49,021 bases of DNA from a virus (lineage: Duplodnaviria > Caudoviricetes), in the IMG/VR virus record IMGVR_UViG_3300032373_000018, positions 1 through 49,021 of that record; one strand, given 5' to 3'. How positions within the stretch are numbered: position 1 is the stretch's first letter; the number at the start of each line of letters is the position of its first letter. Shown here piece after piece: positions 17,001 through 25,862 of the stretch. The notes under the pieces were generated by a model. The model made no database searches. It saw nothing but the letters and a program-made list of their open reading frames with translations, and was not told where the DNA came from. The position numbers were made by a program, and so were the translations under genes.

Positions 17001-19136
17001 AAAGCTGTTCAATCGCTCTAGCGCCTTGTCCATATTCTGACGCGAGCCACGGTCCACGGCCCTACGGCCCCCACCGGAAGCGTATACATCACGGTTTGAA
17101 TAGCCTGACGCCACATTTGGATTGTTCGTCAAAAAGATTGCTGGCTGGCCGTCAGAGAGAGAGAGTTCCGCGCTAAATGCGTCAATGTCTTTGCTGGTCC
17201 CATGATACAGCACCACATCCGTATCAAACCCCATCTCAGCAGCCCGTGCCATGCGCCCCTCTTGGGACATGTCGAGGCCCTTCTCGACCGCAGCAACCCA
17301 TTCACGGGCCTCGCCTGCATTGTCACCATCGAAGCCAGTCTCTGCGGCTTGGTTCATCACGACAGTATCGTCAGCTTGTTGCGCTGCCGGCTCATTGACC
17401 TTCAGACCAAGCCGCTCAAACACAGCGCCCTCGTCAACACCAGCCTCCGCGAGCTGACGGAACATAGCGCCCCATACAACGCCCGCGCCTTCAGCTTCTG
17501 CCTGTCCACGTCCCGCACCCAATAATTGCTCTGTCACAGCGCTTTGTACGCGCTCGAAGCCTTCCAGCGCCTCGTCCTGCTCTGCAAACCGCTCAAACGC
17601 TTCAGTGAAGTCGACAGACCCCATAGCGTCGGATTCTTCCACGGAGCGCTCAAGCTCTCGTAAGGTTGGCGTCTCTTCATCGGCCTTTGCGATCTTCACC
17701 CAATCCTCGAAGCCGTCAGCCACGGATAGGATTTGCGCAGCTTCGACCTCAATGTCATGACCGTCCATCGCGCGGGAAATATCGTCTTCGGTTAAGCCGA
17801 CCTCCTCCATGCGCTGCATGAATACCTGCGGATCAGATTGATAAAGCTCAACCAGGTCTTCGCCGTGGAGTAAGACCGTTTCACCCTCACCCGCCTCGCT
17901 CAAGAATGTCTCAATGCTTTCACGAGAACGCTGGAAAACCGGCGTCTGTTCGATAACTTCGCGGATGTCGACCAGCTCTTGTGCCGCGCTCTCTGCTCGC
18001 GCGCCTCGCGCCTTGCCGGGTAAGGCCACCTCAACCAGAGCCTGGAAGATCGCAGCGGCTGAACCAGCAACCGTCGCCTGCTCACCAAGACCCTCAAGAA
18101 GCTTCGCCTCTTCGTCATAGCCCATCGTGATCAAGTTTTGGCCAAGGCCCTCGATCGTTTCCTGAACGACTTCTTCGCCAGCTTGCCCCATAATCCGGGC
18201 CAAGACCTTCGATGTTACACGCTGACGCGCCTCTTTGGGCATCATTCGCATGATCGAACCAAGACGCATTTGCTCGCTTAGTCCCGTAACTCCCGCGCCA
18301 GCCACAAGTTCTGGCAGCATCTCATCAGGGTTAAGGCCAGCATTGGTAATGCTCTGCGCCTGCTGATCCGCCCCCATACCCATAAACATGCCGGTTGTGA
18401 TTTGAGGATTTTTAGTCACCGCAGCAGTTGCAACGGTCGCAAGTATTTGACCAAGACCTTCCGCAACACGGTCCTCAAATCCCATATCCTCGGGACGCAT
18501 TAACTCAGCAAGATCGAGAGCGCCTTTGCCAGCAGTCCGTAAATAGTTTTGTGGGGCAAATTGCTTGGCCTCCGGCGCGATCTCAGCTTCTACCGCGTCC
18601 GCCGCCCTAAGCGCATCGCCAAGGCCCGGAACTTTGTAACCTAGATTGACGTAAGCGCCATATAGGTCACCAGCGCCCTTTGTAACGCTACCCAGCGTTT
18701 GCGGGAACGCGGCAGCGATTCCACGCCCCAAGTCACCTGCCTGCGTGAATGGTGCCTCCAGCCAACCTTTCGAGCCCTGGGAGCTGATACGCTTCGAATA
18801 GAGCTGCTCAATAAGCCCCATATCTTCTAGGCTGTCCCGACCGATTGCAAAATTCTCAGGCTTACGCGCCCATTTACCGAGCTTTGGTGCATCCTGGGTG
18901 AGCTTGTTCAGCGAAAATATTTCATCCTCTCGTTTGTAACGCTCTCGATCCACAGCGATTGCAATTGGATCTGTGCCCAACTCAGCCGCCTTGCGCTGAT
19001 CATAAGCCGCATCGTCCGGCGCATCCTCAGTGAGGAGCACATTTCGGCGCAAATCTAGGTCATCCTGAGAGGCGCTGAACGTCCCCTCTCGGATAGACGC
19101 TAACGTGTCATCAGAAAGAAATGCATCATTCTTCAT
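11049..19136 (-). CDS. Giant internal virion / DNA-ejection protein of large polyvalent protein type (ART-like, ExQSD and HExxH domains)
   Basis: 2695 aa at the T7 gp16-like position; LYHGT..IFLT..VYPV..DGIII..FDPSNIRS (ART-PolyVal-like), RFVDELQSD and FMHESAH...EKFA. Confidence 0.9.
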   Translation of the reverse strand: MKNDAFLSDDTLASIREGTFSASQDDLDLRRNVLLTEDAPDDAAYDQRKAAELGTDPIAIAVDRERYKREDEIFSLNKLTQDAPKLGKWARKPENFAIGRDSLEDMGLIEQLYSKRISSQGSKGWLEAPFTQAGDLGRGIAAAFPQTLGSVTKGAGDLYGAYVNLGYKVPGLGDALRAADAVEAEIAPEAKQFAPQNYLRTAGKGALDLAELMRPEDMGFEDRVAEGLGQILATVATAAVTKNPQITTGMFMGMGADQQAQSITNAGLNPDEMLPELVAGAGVTGLSEQMRLGSIMRMMPKEARQRVTSKVLARIMGQAGEEVVQETIEGLGQNLITMGYDEEAKLLEGLGEQATVAGSAAAIFQALVEVALPGKARGARAESAAQELVDIREVIEQTPVFQRSRESIETFLSEAGEGETVLLHGEDLVELYQSDPQVFMQRMEEVGLTEDDISRAMDGHDIEVEAAQILSVADGFEDWVKIAKADEETPTLRELERSVEESDAMGSVDFTEAFERFAEQDEALEGFERVQSAVTEQLLGAGRGQAEAEGAGVVWGAMFRQLAEAGVDEGAVFERLGLKVNEPAAQQADDTVVMNQAAETGFDGDNAGEAREWVAAVEKGLDMSQEGRMARAAEMGFDTDVVLYHGTSKDIDAFSAELSLSDGQPAIFLTNNPNVASGYSNRDVYASGGGRRAVDRGSRQNMDKALERLNSFAVRQSTKEARLSASNEAVREYNMDAYIEDGQVYPVHARLENPKIIEDMPEYSRSRMQQEIADATDAGHDGIIIRGIQDHPSAGFSADRVFRGGDYTIIFDPSNIRSVNAAFDPDHSDSSNLLAQSAPASMRQALKMDPAERTEWFNEEVTQRIDADGTIVLTAKSHPNRETDDISMRIDDGGGVTMRFEGRLERKDNKIQDPETGKMVKRPTTPEEVQQSVLAFSRSIAMLEEFISRENPESIHFTGSDSTDTRNKMYMSLLKRMRLPGYRAFEIGTNRINTMEVEGEKTVRSSLHGRSFYVIREDAVERTRARFQDGELRTNENAPPAGVEGPTYRDNFLDTADEVGRIEPGRVGQSDGRRSGDGVRGATFTEIEPAQRELFQSAQQESLPSEAGVEIPDSNGLVAIRTDDLGFITSAEKALFDPPPRFRDARNLTAAQWRKYFTEAGATKEAFDFMIEPALATLPKTGDISKADVIKAVRAQRPKVQSNTRKGRIGQDTADDLDERGLPPETDYRTYVSPGNHSNYQQELIVMPEAAAGYKSHNWNTEGVVGHIRTTDRVTADGEAVRFVDELQSDLHQEGAKYGYSVDGAKTVTHQDVRAAEERSTMLLDRFVIWKDGLPDKHPDKGKPVWSNSFEDPTGRELAREVSEAHRAANELRETGNNAQRPPRAPVKDWEKPFVRRVIQQAIEDGQEVVAFTNHKTLNDALQNEGTRKFYDDRLPAHIRKVAKELGAKVERVDVNTRHTWNEPNAMGEIETGRAGGVEPVLAIRITPEAKAKLAKGNVLFQEKRASVLIPGGGVLTDQNVIVNLLKKNDRTSFMHESAHIFLELYAALESENEVIAERMGAIRKWLKIEPGAKITRDQHEKFAESFEAYLMEGVAPSAELRSVFHSFRQWFVDVYRRLRGQLRNLEPEARDIFDRMLASDAEIEMAQGQYVGTLSNVMTGLMKPEQVEKYQKHARKAGNVARDKLFKKHMAEVKARERKAYKEERGRVEDMARAQLMTWPEYKALAAFGEGGRSLDAAEVSVETKLTTSESGEHPEIVAPEMGFTSADEMFKAVEKAAPFERVVKETVEKIMGDRYGDMLKDGTIESEAMEAVFNEPNIRMMEAERNALAEKASGEAIPLIAIRHEADRLINTMPIDKVIKPGRYAIKARDLHKKSLRAAAKGKWDDALRYTHQAMLQHELARRAFKARDEIEKANRYLAKFAAHRKLDPKKIAPKYIAKIRELMALPGAQDQTELRDGLNKFADEQAIDGHAVILPSDVVNGADLPLRRRMTMEQFREFRDGVKNLNKLGRMQSAEAQEQFNEEAQALADEIDENFKGKRIRETRNPSFGERRAANVRQMDATIIRWPFLVESLQGGKIGKIVEAFDTRLRQALTNRNARRQEMADKLAAIFKKHGVTQSELNKRVSAPAIEGGAVKFEQIMAVALNMGTEQNRDRLASDPSLLGDMASIEAMLAEHLDQRHWDATQEIWDLINTLWPEASAVERNATGVTPKKVEASSVQTNFGAYRGGYYPLKYDRGFLSNNDLQKKDEIEEWKNGVNGMATRASTRQGFLKERQQNVERPLDLSLSVILSHIDDVTNDIYMREPASHVSRLLNKNRIRKVIKETQGEEYLKTLETILKRTVTGTERPDTAFERLLQTLRINASVAILGGNVVTAGLAPISYFQTVIPQYGFKTVFSGVAEYYSNPIKNAKLIAEKSAFMRERQDTLTREAHELIRKSAGQTQYAKFQGAGYWMMAIAEKHSVSGPLWVGVYNQAKSEGVSEADAITMADRAVSTTQGSGLEIDQSVMQGGNEGLRLLSFMWGYVSGYYGTVRNDVVSEQGLKKLMPLLKHMVFLNLVASMLEALIRGGFGDEEDPYVVAVWQMMMRNTFGLIPGISSAVSKYDSGPAAFQVGTSVTRATENWAKAGTQLYEDGEAEGETVRRAMLETAKAGGFLFGVPGTVQAMKAEKTFAEDDDPTLFEAIVTGPDDDN

Positions 19137-20749
19137 TCTGACTCCATCATACGCATCAGATTGGATTCAATTTCGGCATCGGTCGGTTCGCGGCCTATCT
19201 GCTCCCGCAGCGCGTCACGCACCTGAGCCGCCTTAGCCCCGGCGCCTCGCATCCCACGGAAAATGTCGCCGCTAACGACCTCGAACTTTTTGCTGTCGAA
19301 CTCATTGAACGACATCTTAATGATCTGGCGCCGATCCGATTCAGTGATCGGCTGGCCACCATTTTCTGCCGTCCACTCACGCGTTCGTCGCAAGACAATG
19401 CCCTCCAACAAGAGCCGTTTTTTGTGGTCACCCTTGCGGCCAATCTCGGTGCGAACATCATCCGCATCGGAGGGAAACAGTTCCATAGCGGTCAGCCCCA
19501 TATCAGACTTCACCGCGTTGAAGTTAGTGCGAATTTCTGGTGCCGTTTCTTCTTCGCGAGATCGTGACAACAGGTTCTGAGCCAATCGCTGTTGATCTGT
19601 CGGTGTCAGCGCGGCGTACATGCCACCCAATTGCTCGGGCCAAGCTTCTGGTCCCTGCATATAAAGAGCCGGATCAATTTCATGAACCGCCTCAATCATG
19701 TCAAAAGCCGCTTCTGACGCTGCATCAATCCGAGATTGGTCCGCATTAATCCGGGACCGCTCCCAATTATCAATTGCTATCTTCGCGCGCCCACCAAGCG
19801 CATCCAAATCTGCTGGATCAATATCATCCTTAACGCCGCCATCGGCCAGAACCGCCCAAGCCCGATCCGCTGCGTCACTCTCCAAATCAACTCGCGCCGC
19901 ACTTTCGCGAGAGTTGATGGTCGTCAACCGGCCCTCGATCGCAAGACGGTCATCGGTATCCTTGACCTTGGCCGCAAGCTTCAGGGCCGCGTTGAAGTCT
20001 CCATCGGTATCGCTCCAGAATTGCTCTGACATATCTATGGCTCGTGCTGATCGACCATCGCGCTCAGCTTTCTCACGGAGCTTCTCACGCACCACGGTAG
20101 GGATATTCTCTGCCCATGGCTGCTCGAGCGCCTCAATGCGCTTATCTGGCTCCATGAGCGAAATCTTGTTCGCAGCGAATGTATCTTTCCAAACGCGTTC
20201 GGTGCGACCAGCCTCTTCAGGGGAATAGTATCCGGCCTCAACAGCGCCCTCGAGAAGCGCCCCAACTTCCGCAAACATTTCGCGTGGGTCTTCAGTTCCA
20301 AGGCCCGCCTCGTTCAAGGCATTCAGGCTATCGCTGACGCGGGCACGCTCGGTGTCGCGCTCAATGCCGATCGCCCGTGTAGATTGACGCGCCTTGCCTT
20401 CTGCAATCCGTACCTGTTGCTCTTCTTCGAACATGGCACGAGCGCGGGGATTACTGATCTGTTTTGAAACCTCTGACAGATCGGTTCGAAGCGATTGCTC
20501 ATAACGTTCGGGAAGGTCAGTGTATTCGCGATCTTCTTCAAATGCGCTGTCTCGTTCGATGCGAGCCTTGATGAACGCACTTCTAGCCTGCGCTGTCTGA
20601 TAGGATGCCCGCTCATCGACTTCGCGCGCAGCCGCGCCGCCGAGGCCCTGCAGAGCCTCACCCAAACCCTCATAAGGATCGGACCGCACCAATTGCGTCT
20701 GAACGGCAGGAACCGAGCGGGCAACGCCCTTTACGTCAGGGATCTTCAC
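19133..20749 (-). CDS. Internal virion protein
   Basis: 538-aa helical protein; podoviral synteny. Confidence 0.75.
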   Translation of the reverse strand: MKIPDVKGVARSVPAVQTQLVRSDPYEGLGEALQGLGGAAAREVDERASYQTAQARSAFIKARIERDSAFEEDREYTDLPERYEQSLRTDLSEVSKQISNPRARAMFEEEQQVRIAEGKARQSTRAIGIERDTERARVSDSLNALNEAGLGTEDPREMFAEVGALLEGAVEAGYYSPEEAGRTERVWKDTFAANKISLMEPDKRIEALEQPWAENIPTVVREKLREKAERDGRSARAIDMSEQFWSDTDGDFNAALKLAAKVKDTDDRLAIEGRLTTINSRESAARVDLESDAADRAWAVLADGGVKDDIDPADLDALGGRAKIAIDNWERSRINADQSRIDAASEAAFDMIEAVHEIDPALYMQGPEAWPEQLGGMYAALTPTDQQRLAQNLLSRSREEETAPEIRTNFNAVKSDMGLTAMELFPSDADDVRTEIGRKGDHKKRLLLEGIVLRRTREWTAENGGQPITESDRRQIIKMSFNEFDSKKFEVVSGDIFRGMRGAGAKAAQVRDALREQIGREPTDAEIESNLMRMMESE

Positions 20750-21216
20750 TCAAGCCATCCCATTTTCTGAGCGCCGTCGAGGATTGATGGAATAGATTTG
20801 ATGCCACCCGTGATGAGGCGGTTCTTGCCGGTTTTCTTGGCAACTCGCGCAGCATAGCGCTCACTCTCGGCCAATGTCCCTGCTGCGTACATCTCGGCCA
20901 AAACGTTATAATCTGTGTCACTCTCGATGCGCGCCATGCGCTCGATCATACCCGCATCCATGGCGCCGCCGTTAAAAGCGTTGGCCGCGACCGCATCTGA
21001 GGCCAGCTTGTCACCCTGCCGGCGTGTCTCTTGTGCGCGCCGTGTGCCAGTTGCGAGCACCTGATTGGCTCGGATTTCGCGCTGAGCAGCCTCGGATTGG
21101 CCCGCCTCATAACCACCGAGGCCAGAGAGAACAGACCCACCAGCGGTGAGGAAACTGCTCGCGACATCGAGATAGTCGAAGTCGATCGGCTTTTTTATTG
21201 ATGCGTCGAATGCCAA
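20746..21216 (-). CDS. Small internal virion protein (T7 gp14-like position)
   Basis: Ala/Gly-rich with hydrophobic N-terminus; synteny. Confidence 0.7.
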   Translation of the reverse strand: MAFDASIKKPIDFDYLDVASSFLTAGGSVLSGLGGYEAGQSEAAQREIRANQVLATGTRRAQETRRQGDKLASDAVAANAFNGGAMDAGMIERMARIESDTDYNVLAEMYAAGTLAESERYAARVAKKTGKNRLITGGIKSIPSILDGAQKMGWLE

Positions 21217-21548
21217 CGGTAAAGCCTCCTTCCCTCAAAGTATCCCACACACTCAAACCCTATCCATTCAAGGAACCGGGGCGCTGTGGGGTAATTGTGG
21301 TCCGCAATCGCGAACACAGTTTCATGTTGATTCAATACGCGGCGAAAAGCCCGCGCGCTCTTTGCCAGTAGAACCGGCCAATTTAATGCCTCGGGCGTCA
21401 GACTCATAAACGCTTCGGGAAAGCTTCCATAAAGCACGCCGCCATATCCTAGCAGCTCATCATTCTTGACCATCACCCACGCTCTACCAGAGGCAGGCAG
21501 CTTCAACCCGTCGCTAGGCCGCGCGGGCCTCACGCTCGGGCTCGTCAT
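21195..21548 (-). CDS. GNAT-like virion assembly protein (T7 gp13-like)
   Basis: RFLEWIGF motif; located between tubular B and the internal proteins. Confidence 0.7.
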   Translation of the reverse strand: MTSPSVRPARPSDGLKLPASGRAWVMVKNDELLGYGGVLYGSFPEAFMSLTPEALNWPVLLAKSARAFRRVLNQHETVFAIADHNYPTAPRFLEWIGFECVGYFEGRRLYRWHSTHQ

Positions 21549-24141
21549 AGTTGTAGCTAAGCGCGAGGAGTGTTGCTGGCCCGGTTGCCTCAACGTAGAT
21601 TCGGCTATCGACATCGAAATCTCCCTCAAATGGGACACCCACCGTGTCGTAATCATCAATCAGTAAGGTTGTATCGACGGCAGCGCCCTTATGGATCAGC
21701 GGCAGTGCATCAAGGCGTGTCGCGCTCGTTCCGAACCTTAGGCCACCATGCCAAACATTCTTCATGAGCAAGGCCAGGTCCACAACCCGCTTGCGGTCAC
21801 TGAGCACGGAGCGCTCACCATATCGACCAAGCTTACCCGATTTGTATCTGCCGGTAATTGTCAGACCTGCCGTCACGTCAGAATAGCTTGCGCCAAGATC
21901 AATTGAACCACCAGACGGTGTAAATGTGCCAATCTTGGCAGAGCCGGACCAGGCCTCAATCTCGACACCGTCGAAGCGATCAAGCCCCGTGCAAGTCTGT
22001 ATCGGTCCTGCATAATACGTAAACAGATCCGCAGGCCGTGTGTTGAACTCGCTGACCTTCACCAGTTTGCAAAGATATTCCGTGCCATCATAGGCGATCT
22101 TGGCATAAACCTGCGTCTCATCGGAGCCATGGAGCGTAAAGACGCGCTTGATTTCGCCATCTGCGAGCGTGATCCGCGACCAACCCAGAATATCCTCAGC
22201 CTTATCGAACAGCAGAATGCGAGCCTCACCGTCGCTCAATCGCACGAAATGGCGTGTCTCGGGCTGGATAGCCAGTGCCAGCTCAGAGATACCCGCGCTG
22301 CAGATATTCTCATGCAATAGCGTCTGATCTGTCACCTGAAAGCCATCATCGCCCGCTGAATAGTTCAACTCATAGAGCTTTTTGCCACTGGCCTGAACGT
22401 AATAGAGCGCATTTCCAAGTCGTTTCGGATCTACCAGCGCAGCACCCTGGTTCGGGCCGTCCCGCAAATGCACATTGTCTTGCGTCATCGCCTCGCCAAA
22501 AGATGACGATCGAACCGGAACAACATCGCTTGCAAGACCCAGAGCTAATCGAGACGCCGGAGCAATCCAGCTCACCTCATCGACAGGGCCTTGGCCGAGA
22601 GATTTGAAGATTGACGCACTCGCGCCCTCCAGATCTCGGTCATATGAGCGGGGCGCATCGCTGACTGAGCCCCAGAGCCCTTCTTTGCCCGCCTGCCACA
22701 AGCGGCCTTCATAGAGGGCATTCGCGTTAGGGTAGCCTGACTCACCGCCCCATTGGCTGCGGCGCCAGTCTCTTGTTGCATCCGTTGAGCCCATGTCCTG
22801 CAGAACCTGAACATTGGCGGTCGTGGAATTGGTAACGGTCTTGATCCGGCAAATGCCCTCAATTCCACCGCCAGAATAAGAGATGTTCAGGCCCACGGAC
22901 CCCGACGTAAACCCTCCAGATGGCACATGAAGCCGATAGAAATAGACTGTTCCATCAAGATCATCATCCCAGCTTTCGGTAATCGTTGAAGTGAACGGGC
23001 CGCGCGCTGTTTCCCATCCGCTAACACCATCCGTCGACCTCTGGAGTAATACGCTCGCAGTAAACGAGCCCGAGATCGTAAACGTGAATGCTCGAGACGG
23101 GCCATTCGTACCAGTTACTCTGACAGATCCCGTACCGTTATCCTCTGCTGTGACCGTGGCACTAACCTCTTGTCCTGTGCTCAAGAGCTTTCGAAGCGTG
23201 CCAACATCTGTTGACTTGAAATGCCGTTTCGATGCGGTGAGCGTTGTATCGCCCTTCAAGGCACCCGCAGTAAGGGTTAAACCCTCATCCAGATTGACTG
23301 TATCAAACGGGCCGTCATCGGCTCGGAAGTCGACCACGCCCCAGGACTTAGGCCCACGGCGCTCGATCATGAATTGCTCACCAGACCAGTTGCAGTAAAC
23401 CCTACCCGCTTGCTGGGACATAAACACCGTATCCACATCAGCCAGAGGAACCGGCGTAGGGATGGTCACCGTGCCGGCGCTTTCCAGTTCAACACTCTCA
23501 AGCGTCGCGCTATAAACTTTGTCGTTCACGAATGTGATGGTTGCTGCGGCATCGGGCGTAAACACGAGAGAATACTCACCAGGCTCAAGCAAACTATCCG
23601 TGATGTCGTCGCTGCTGGCCCCGCCCGTGCCGATCAGCAGGCGCAACGGTGCATCTTTGATCTTAATTCGAAGACCATGCTCAGCGCCTGTCTGCGTGCT
23701 GCCTAGCGTTTGATGCAAAATCGCATCAGTTGTATCCGCGGCAACGAATTTGGCCCCGTCTGAGGTTTGAGTGACCGACGAACCAGAGCCTGACGCATCG
23801 GTCCATCCGCTTAAATCCGTAGGGAAGGTTCCATTCGTGATGGTTGATGTAACCGCAGCACGGGTCATCAGCGCATCATCCTTCCAAATCCGCAAAAGAC
23901 TATCGCCCATCTCAAGTGCCGCCAGCTCATCCAGCGAATAAAAGAAGTCAAAGAAGCGTGAGCCGGTAATCGCTGCGGCAATCACCTCAAATCCACCGCG
24001 CCGGATCATTGGGCCAAGACGCATCGGAACAAAGTTCTCAACCAATTCGGCAGAGTTCTTGATACGGTCAACCTTGTCACGCCCAAATGCGAGAGAACTG
24101 ACCTCACCTCGATTGAACGTGTTCAGAACACCGTCGGTCAT
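21514..24141 (-). CDS. Tail tubular protein B (nozzle)
   Basis: 875 aa; FNRGEVS, GPMIRRGG and GYP..ALYEGRLW motifs. Confidence 0.85.
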   Translation of the reverse strand: MTDGVLNTFNRGEVSSLAFGRDKVDRIKNSAELVENFVPMRLGPMIRRGGFEVIAAAITGSRFFDFFYSLDELAALEMGDSLLRIWKDDALMTRAAVTSTITNGTFPTDLSGWTDASGSGSSVTQTSDGAKFVAADTTDAILHQTLGSTQTGAEHGLRIKIKDAPLRLLIGTGGASSDDITDSLLEPGEYSLVFTPDAAATITFVNDKVYSATLESVELESAGTVTIPTPVPLADVDTVFMSQQAGRVYCNWSGEQFMIERRGPKSWGVVDFRADDGPFDTVNLDEGLTLTAGALKGDTTLTASKRHFKSTDVGTLRKLLSTGQEVSATVTAEDNGTGSVRVTGTNGPSRAFTFTISGSFTASVLLQRSTDGVSGWETARGPFTSTITESWDDDLDGTVYFYRLHVPSGGFTSGSVGLNISYSGGGIEGICRIKTVTNSTTANVQVLQDMGSTDATRDWRRSQWGGESGYPNANALYEGRLWQAGKEGLWGSVSDAPRSYDRDLEGASASIFKSLGQGPVDEVSWIAPASRLALGLASDVVPVRSSSFGEAMTQDNVHLRDGPNQGAALVDPKRLGNALYYVQASGKKLYELNYSAGDDGFQVTDQTLLHENICSAGISELALAIQPETRHFVRLSDGEARILLFDKAEDILGWSRITLADGEIKRVFTLHGSDETQVYAKIAYDGTEYLCKLVKVSEFNTRPADLFTYYAGPIQTCTGLDRFDGVEIEAWSGSAKIGTFTPSGGSIDLGASYSDVTAGLTITGRYKSGKLGRYGERSVLSDRKRVVDLALLMKNVWHGGLRFGTSATRLDALPLIHKGAAVDTTLLIDDYDTVGVPFEGDFDVDSRIYVEATGPATLLALSYNYDEPEREARAA

Positions 24142-25325
24142 CCATGGTCTCGGCTATTGCGGGTTCCGCTCTGGCGCGCGCGCACCCAGCTTCCAGTGTT
24201 AATTCTCTGGGGTGGCGACTGCATGAAGTCATTGCTGGTCGCATCATGTTGGCGACGATCGACCTTTTCGGGCAAACCGGCCCGGATTTCAGGGCGAACA
24301 GCCGGAATAGAAGGCTCTGCCTGTTGCGCCATCATTGCCGCTACAAAGCGCTTAAACGAAGCAGGCCAAGCGGCAGGCTGCCCCTCATATGTGTCTGGGA
24401 TGTATTTGATATAGATCACATCATCATTGCAGTAGAGATTGCGCCCCTCATCCGCGTAATTCTTCAACGGTGTGCGGCAGAACTCATCTCTGAACACACC
24501 GTCGAGGCGGACCAGATCAATCGGCTTCTCGTGCACGCAATCATATCCGAAATCGCTCTCAAAGCGCGTATTCTCTTCGCTTTGCACGGTAATGCGTGCC
24601 CAATTCCAGGCATACTCCTCAAGGAGTGAGCGAACCAATTGGCCATCCAGCGCCGCATCAAGTTCCGTGCGATCGGCGCGCTCATCGGAAATTGTCGTCA
24701 TCCGGCGTAGACCAAGAAGCTGGAGCGCGTCATTGTAGATTGGGAGCCATTCTTTCGTGAGCGTCGTGAGCGTCTTCTGCGGACGCAGCATCGCCTCTTC
24801 TTGCGCGGACAGGTCCATCGAGACCTGAACAGCCGTCTCAAGGTTTAGCGTTAGATCCTCAGCCCGGTCTGGCTTTATCCGTGTAGCAAGCTGCTGGGCA
24901 ATATAGGCGCTAACAACCCGTGCAAAATCTGGCGTCCAGTTCGTGAACGTCGATGTCAGGTCACGAACATAGCGCAACCAAACAATGCCGATTTCAGCAT
25001 AGAGCTTGTCATCTTCAATCAGCCGACGCTTGACGGGCTGGTCAAGATCCTCATCGGCGAAGACCTCCACCATGCCAGCATAATCAGCCGGCAGTGTGTG
25101 CTCATTCGTCAGGCCGTGTGTGGTTATCGTTGCCGGACTATCCAGCTTGACCGTCTTGCGCGCAAACAGCGGCTTGGCGAGACGGAAACAATGCTTTGCC
25201 GCATCCAGATCCCAGATCTCATCGAGCTTGTACCGGACTTCTCGCGCCTCAGTATCAGACGCAAGACGCTCCGCACCGACCAGGCGCAGAGCATCATTGT
25301 AAAGGGCGAGCTTAGTGACAGTCAT
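24138..25325 (-). CDS. Tail tubular protein A (adaptor), internally duplicated
   Basis: Two YNDAL.L.G ... W.(F/W)AR ... F...(V/A).A..A.Q units. Confidence 0.85.
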   Translation of the reverse strand: MTVTKLALYNDALRLVGAERLASDTEAREVRYKLDEIWDLDAAKHCFRLAKPLFARKTVKLDSPATITTHGLTNEHTLPADYAGMVEVFADEDLDQPVKRRLIEDDKLYAEIGIVWLRYVRDLTSTFTNWTPDFARVVSAYIAQQLATRIKPDRAEDLTLNLETAVQVSMDLSAQEEAMLRPQKTLTTLTKEWLPIYNDALQLLGLRRMTTISDERADRTELDAALDGQLVRSLLEEYAWNWARITVQSEENTRFESDFGYDCVHEKPIDLVRLDGVFRDEFCRTPLKNYADEGRNLYCNDDVIYIKYIPDTYEGQPAAWPASFKRFVAAMMAQQAEPSIPAVRPEIRAGLPEKVDRRQHDATSNDFMQSPPQRINTGSWVRARQSGTRNSRDHG

Positions 25326-25326
25326 A

Positions 25327-25803
25327 TCAGGCTGGCGTCAGGAGCTTTTTCAGCTCTTCCTGTGCCAATTCCTTCGACTCGATACCCTGCTCAACCTTCT
25401 GCTTGTCGGCAGTCTTGGCCTGCGTATCGATAATGCACCAGCGCGCACTCGGGCCGCGGAAGTCGACTATGTAGCGCTCTCCGTTAGCTTTAGGCGCAGC
25501 CTTTTTGGGCGCCTCCTTCTTCGTCGTCCTCAGCGTGGCCAGGTTCTCGCGAGCCACATGCACGATCGAGCCCTTAACGAAGGTCACGATCAATCGCTGT
25601 ATCCAGGCGCCATCGGCTTCGACAACGCGAATTTCATCAAACACTTTCAGGCGTGATGGCTCAGCCACCAGTGACCAGAGGTGCGGGTCAAGGCATTCAT
25701 CAGGCTCGGTCCCGCGCGGAGCTGTAACAGTATGGCCAGAATAGCCAAATTCTGCACGCTCTATCTGGCTGCGGGTAAACGGGTTGCGAGGTGTGTCGCT
25801 CAT
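25327..25803 (-). CDS. Hypothetical virion-region protein
   Basis: 158 aa with AGGAG RBS. Confidence 0.75.
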   Translation of the reverse strand: MSDTPRNPFTRSQIERAEFGYSGHTVTAPRGTEPDECLDPHLWSLVAEPSRLKVFDEIRVVEADGAWIQRLIVTFVKGSIVHVARENLATLRTTKKEAPKKAAPKANGERYIVDFRGPSARWCIIDTQAKTADKQKVEQGIESKELAQEELKKLLTPA

Positions 25804-25825
25804 GAAAGCTCCTTGTAAATGGGGA

Positions 25826-25855
25826 GACCGAGCCGACCCTAAAGCCAGCTCGGTC
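25826..25855 (-). terminator. Hairpin / terminator after the capsid and decoration genes
   Basis: GACCGAGC/GCTCGGTC inverted repeat; weak U-tract. Confidence 0.55.
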
Positions 25856-25862
25856 AGTTGGG

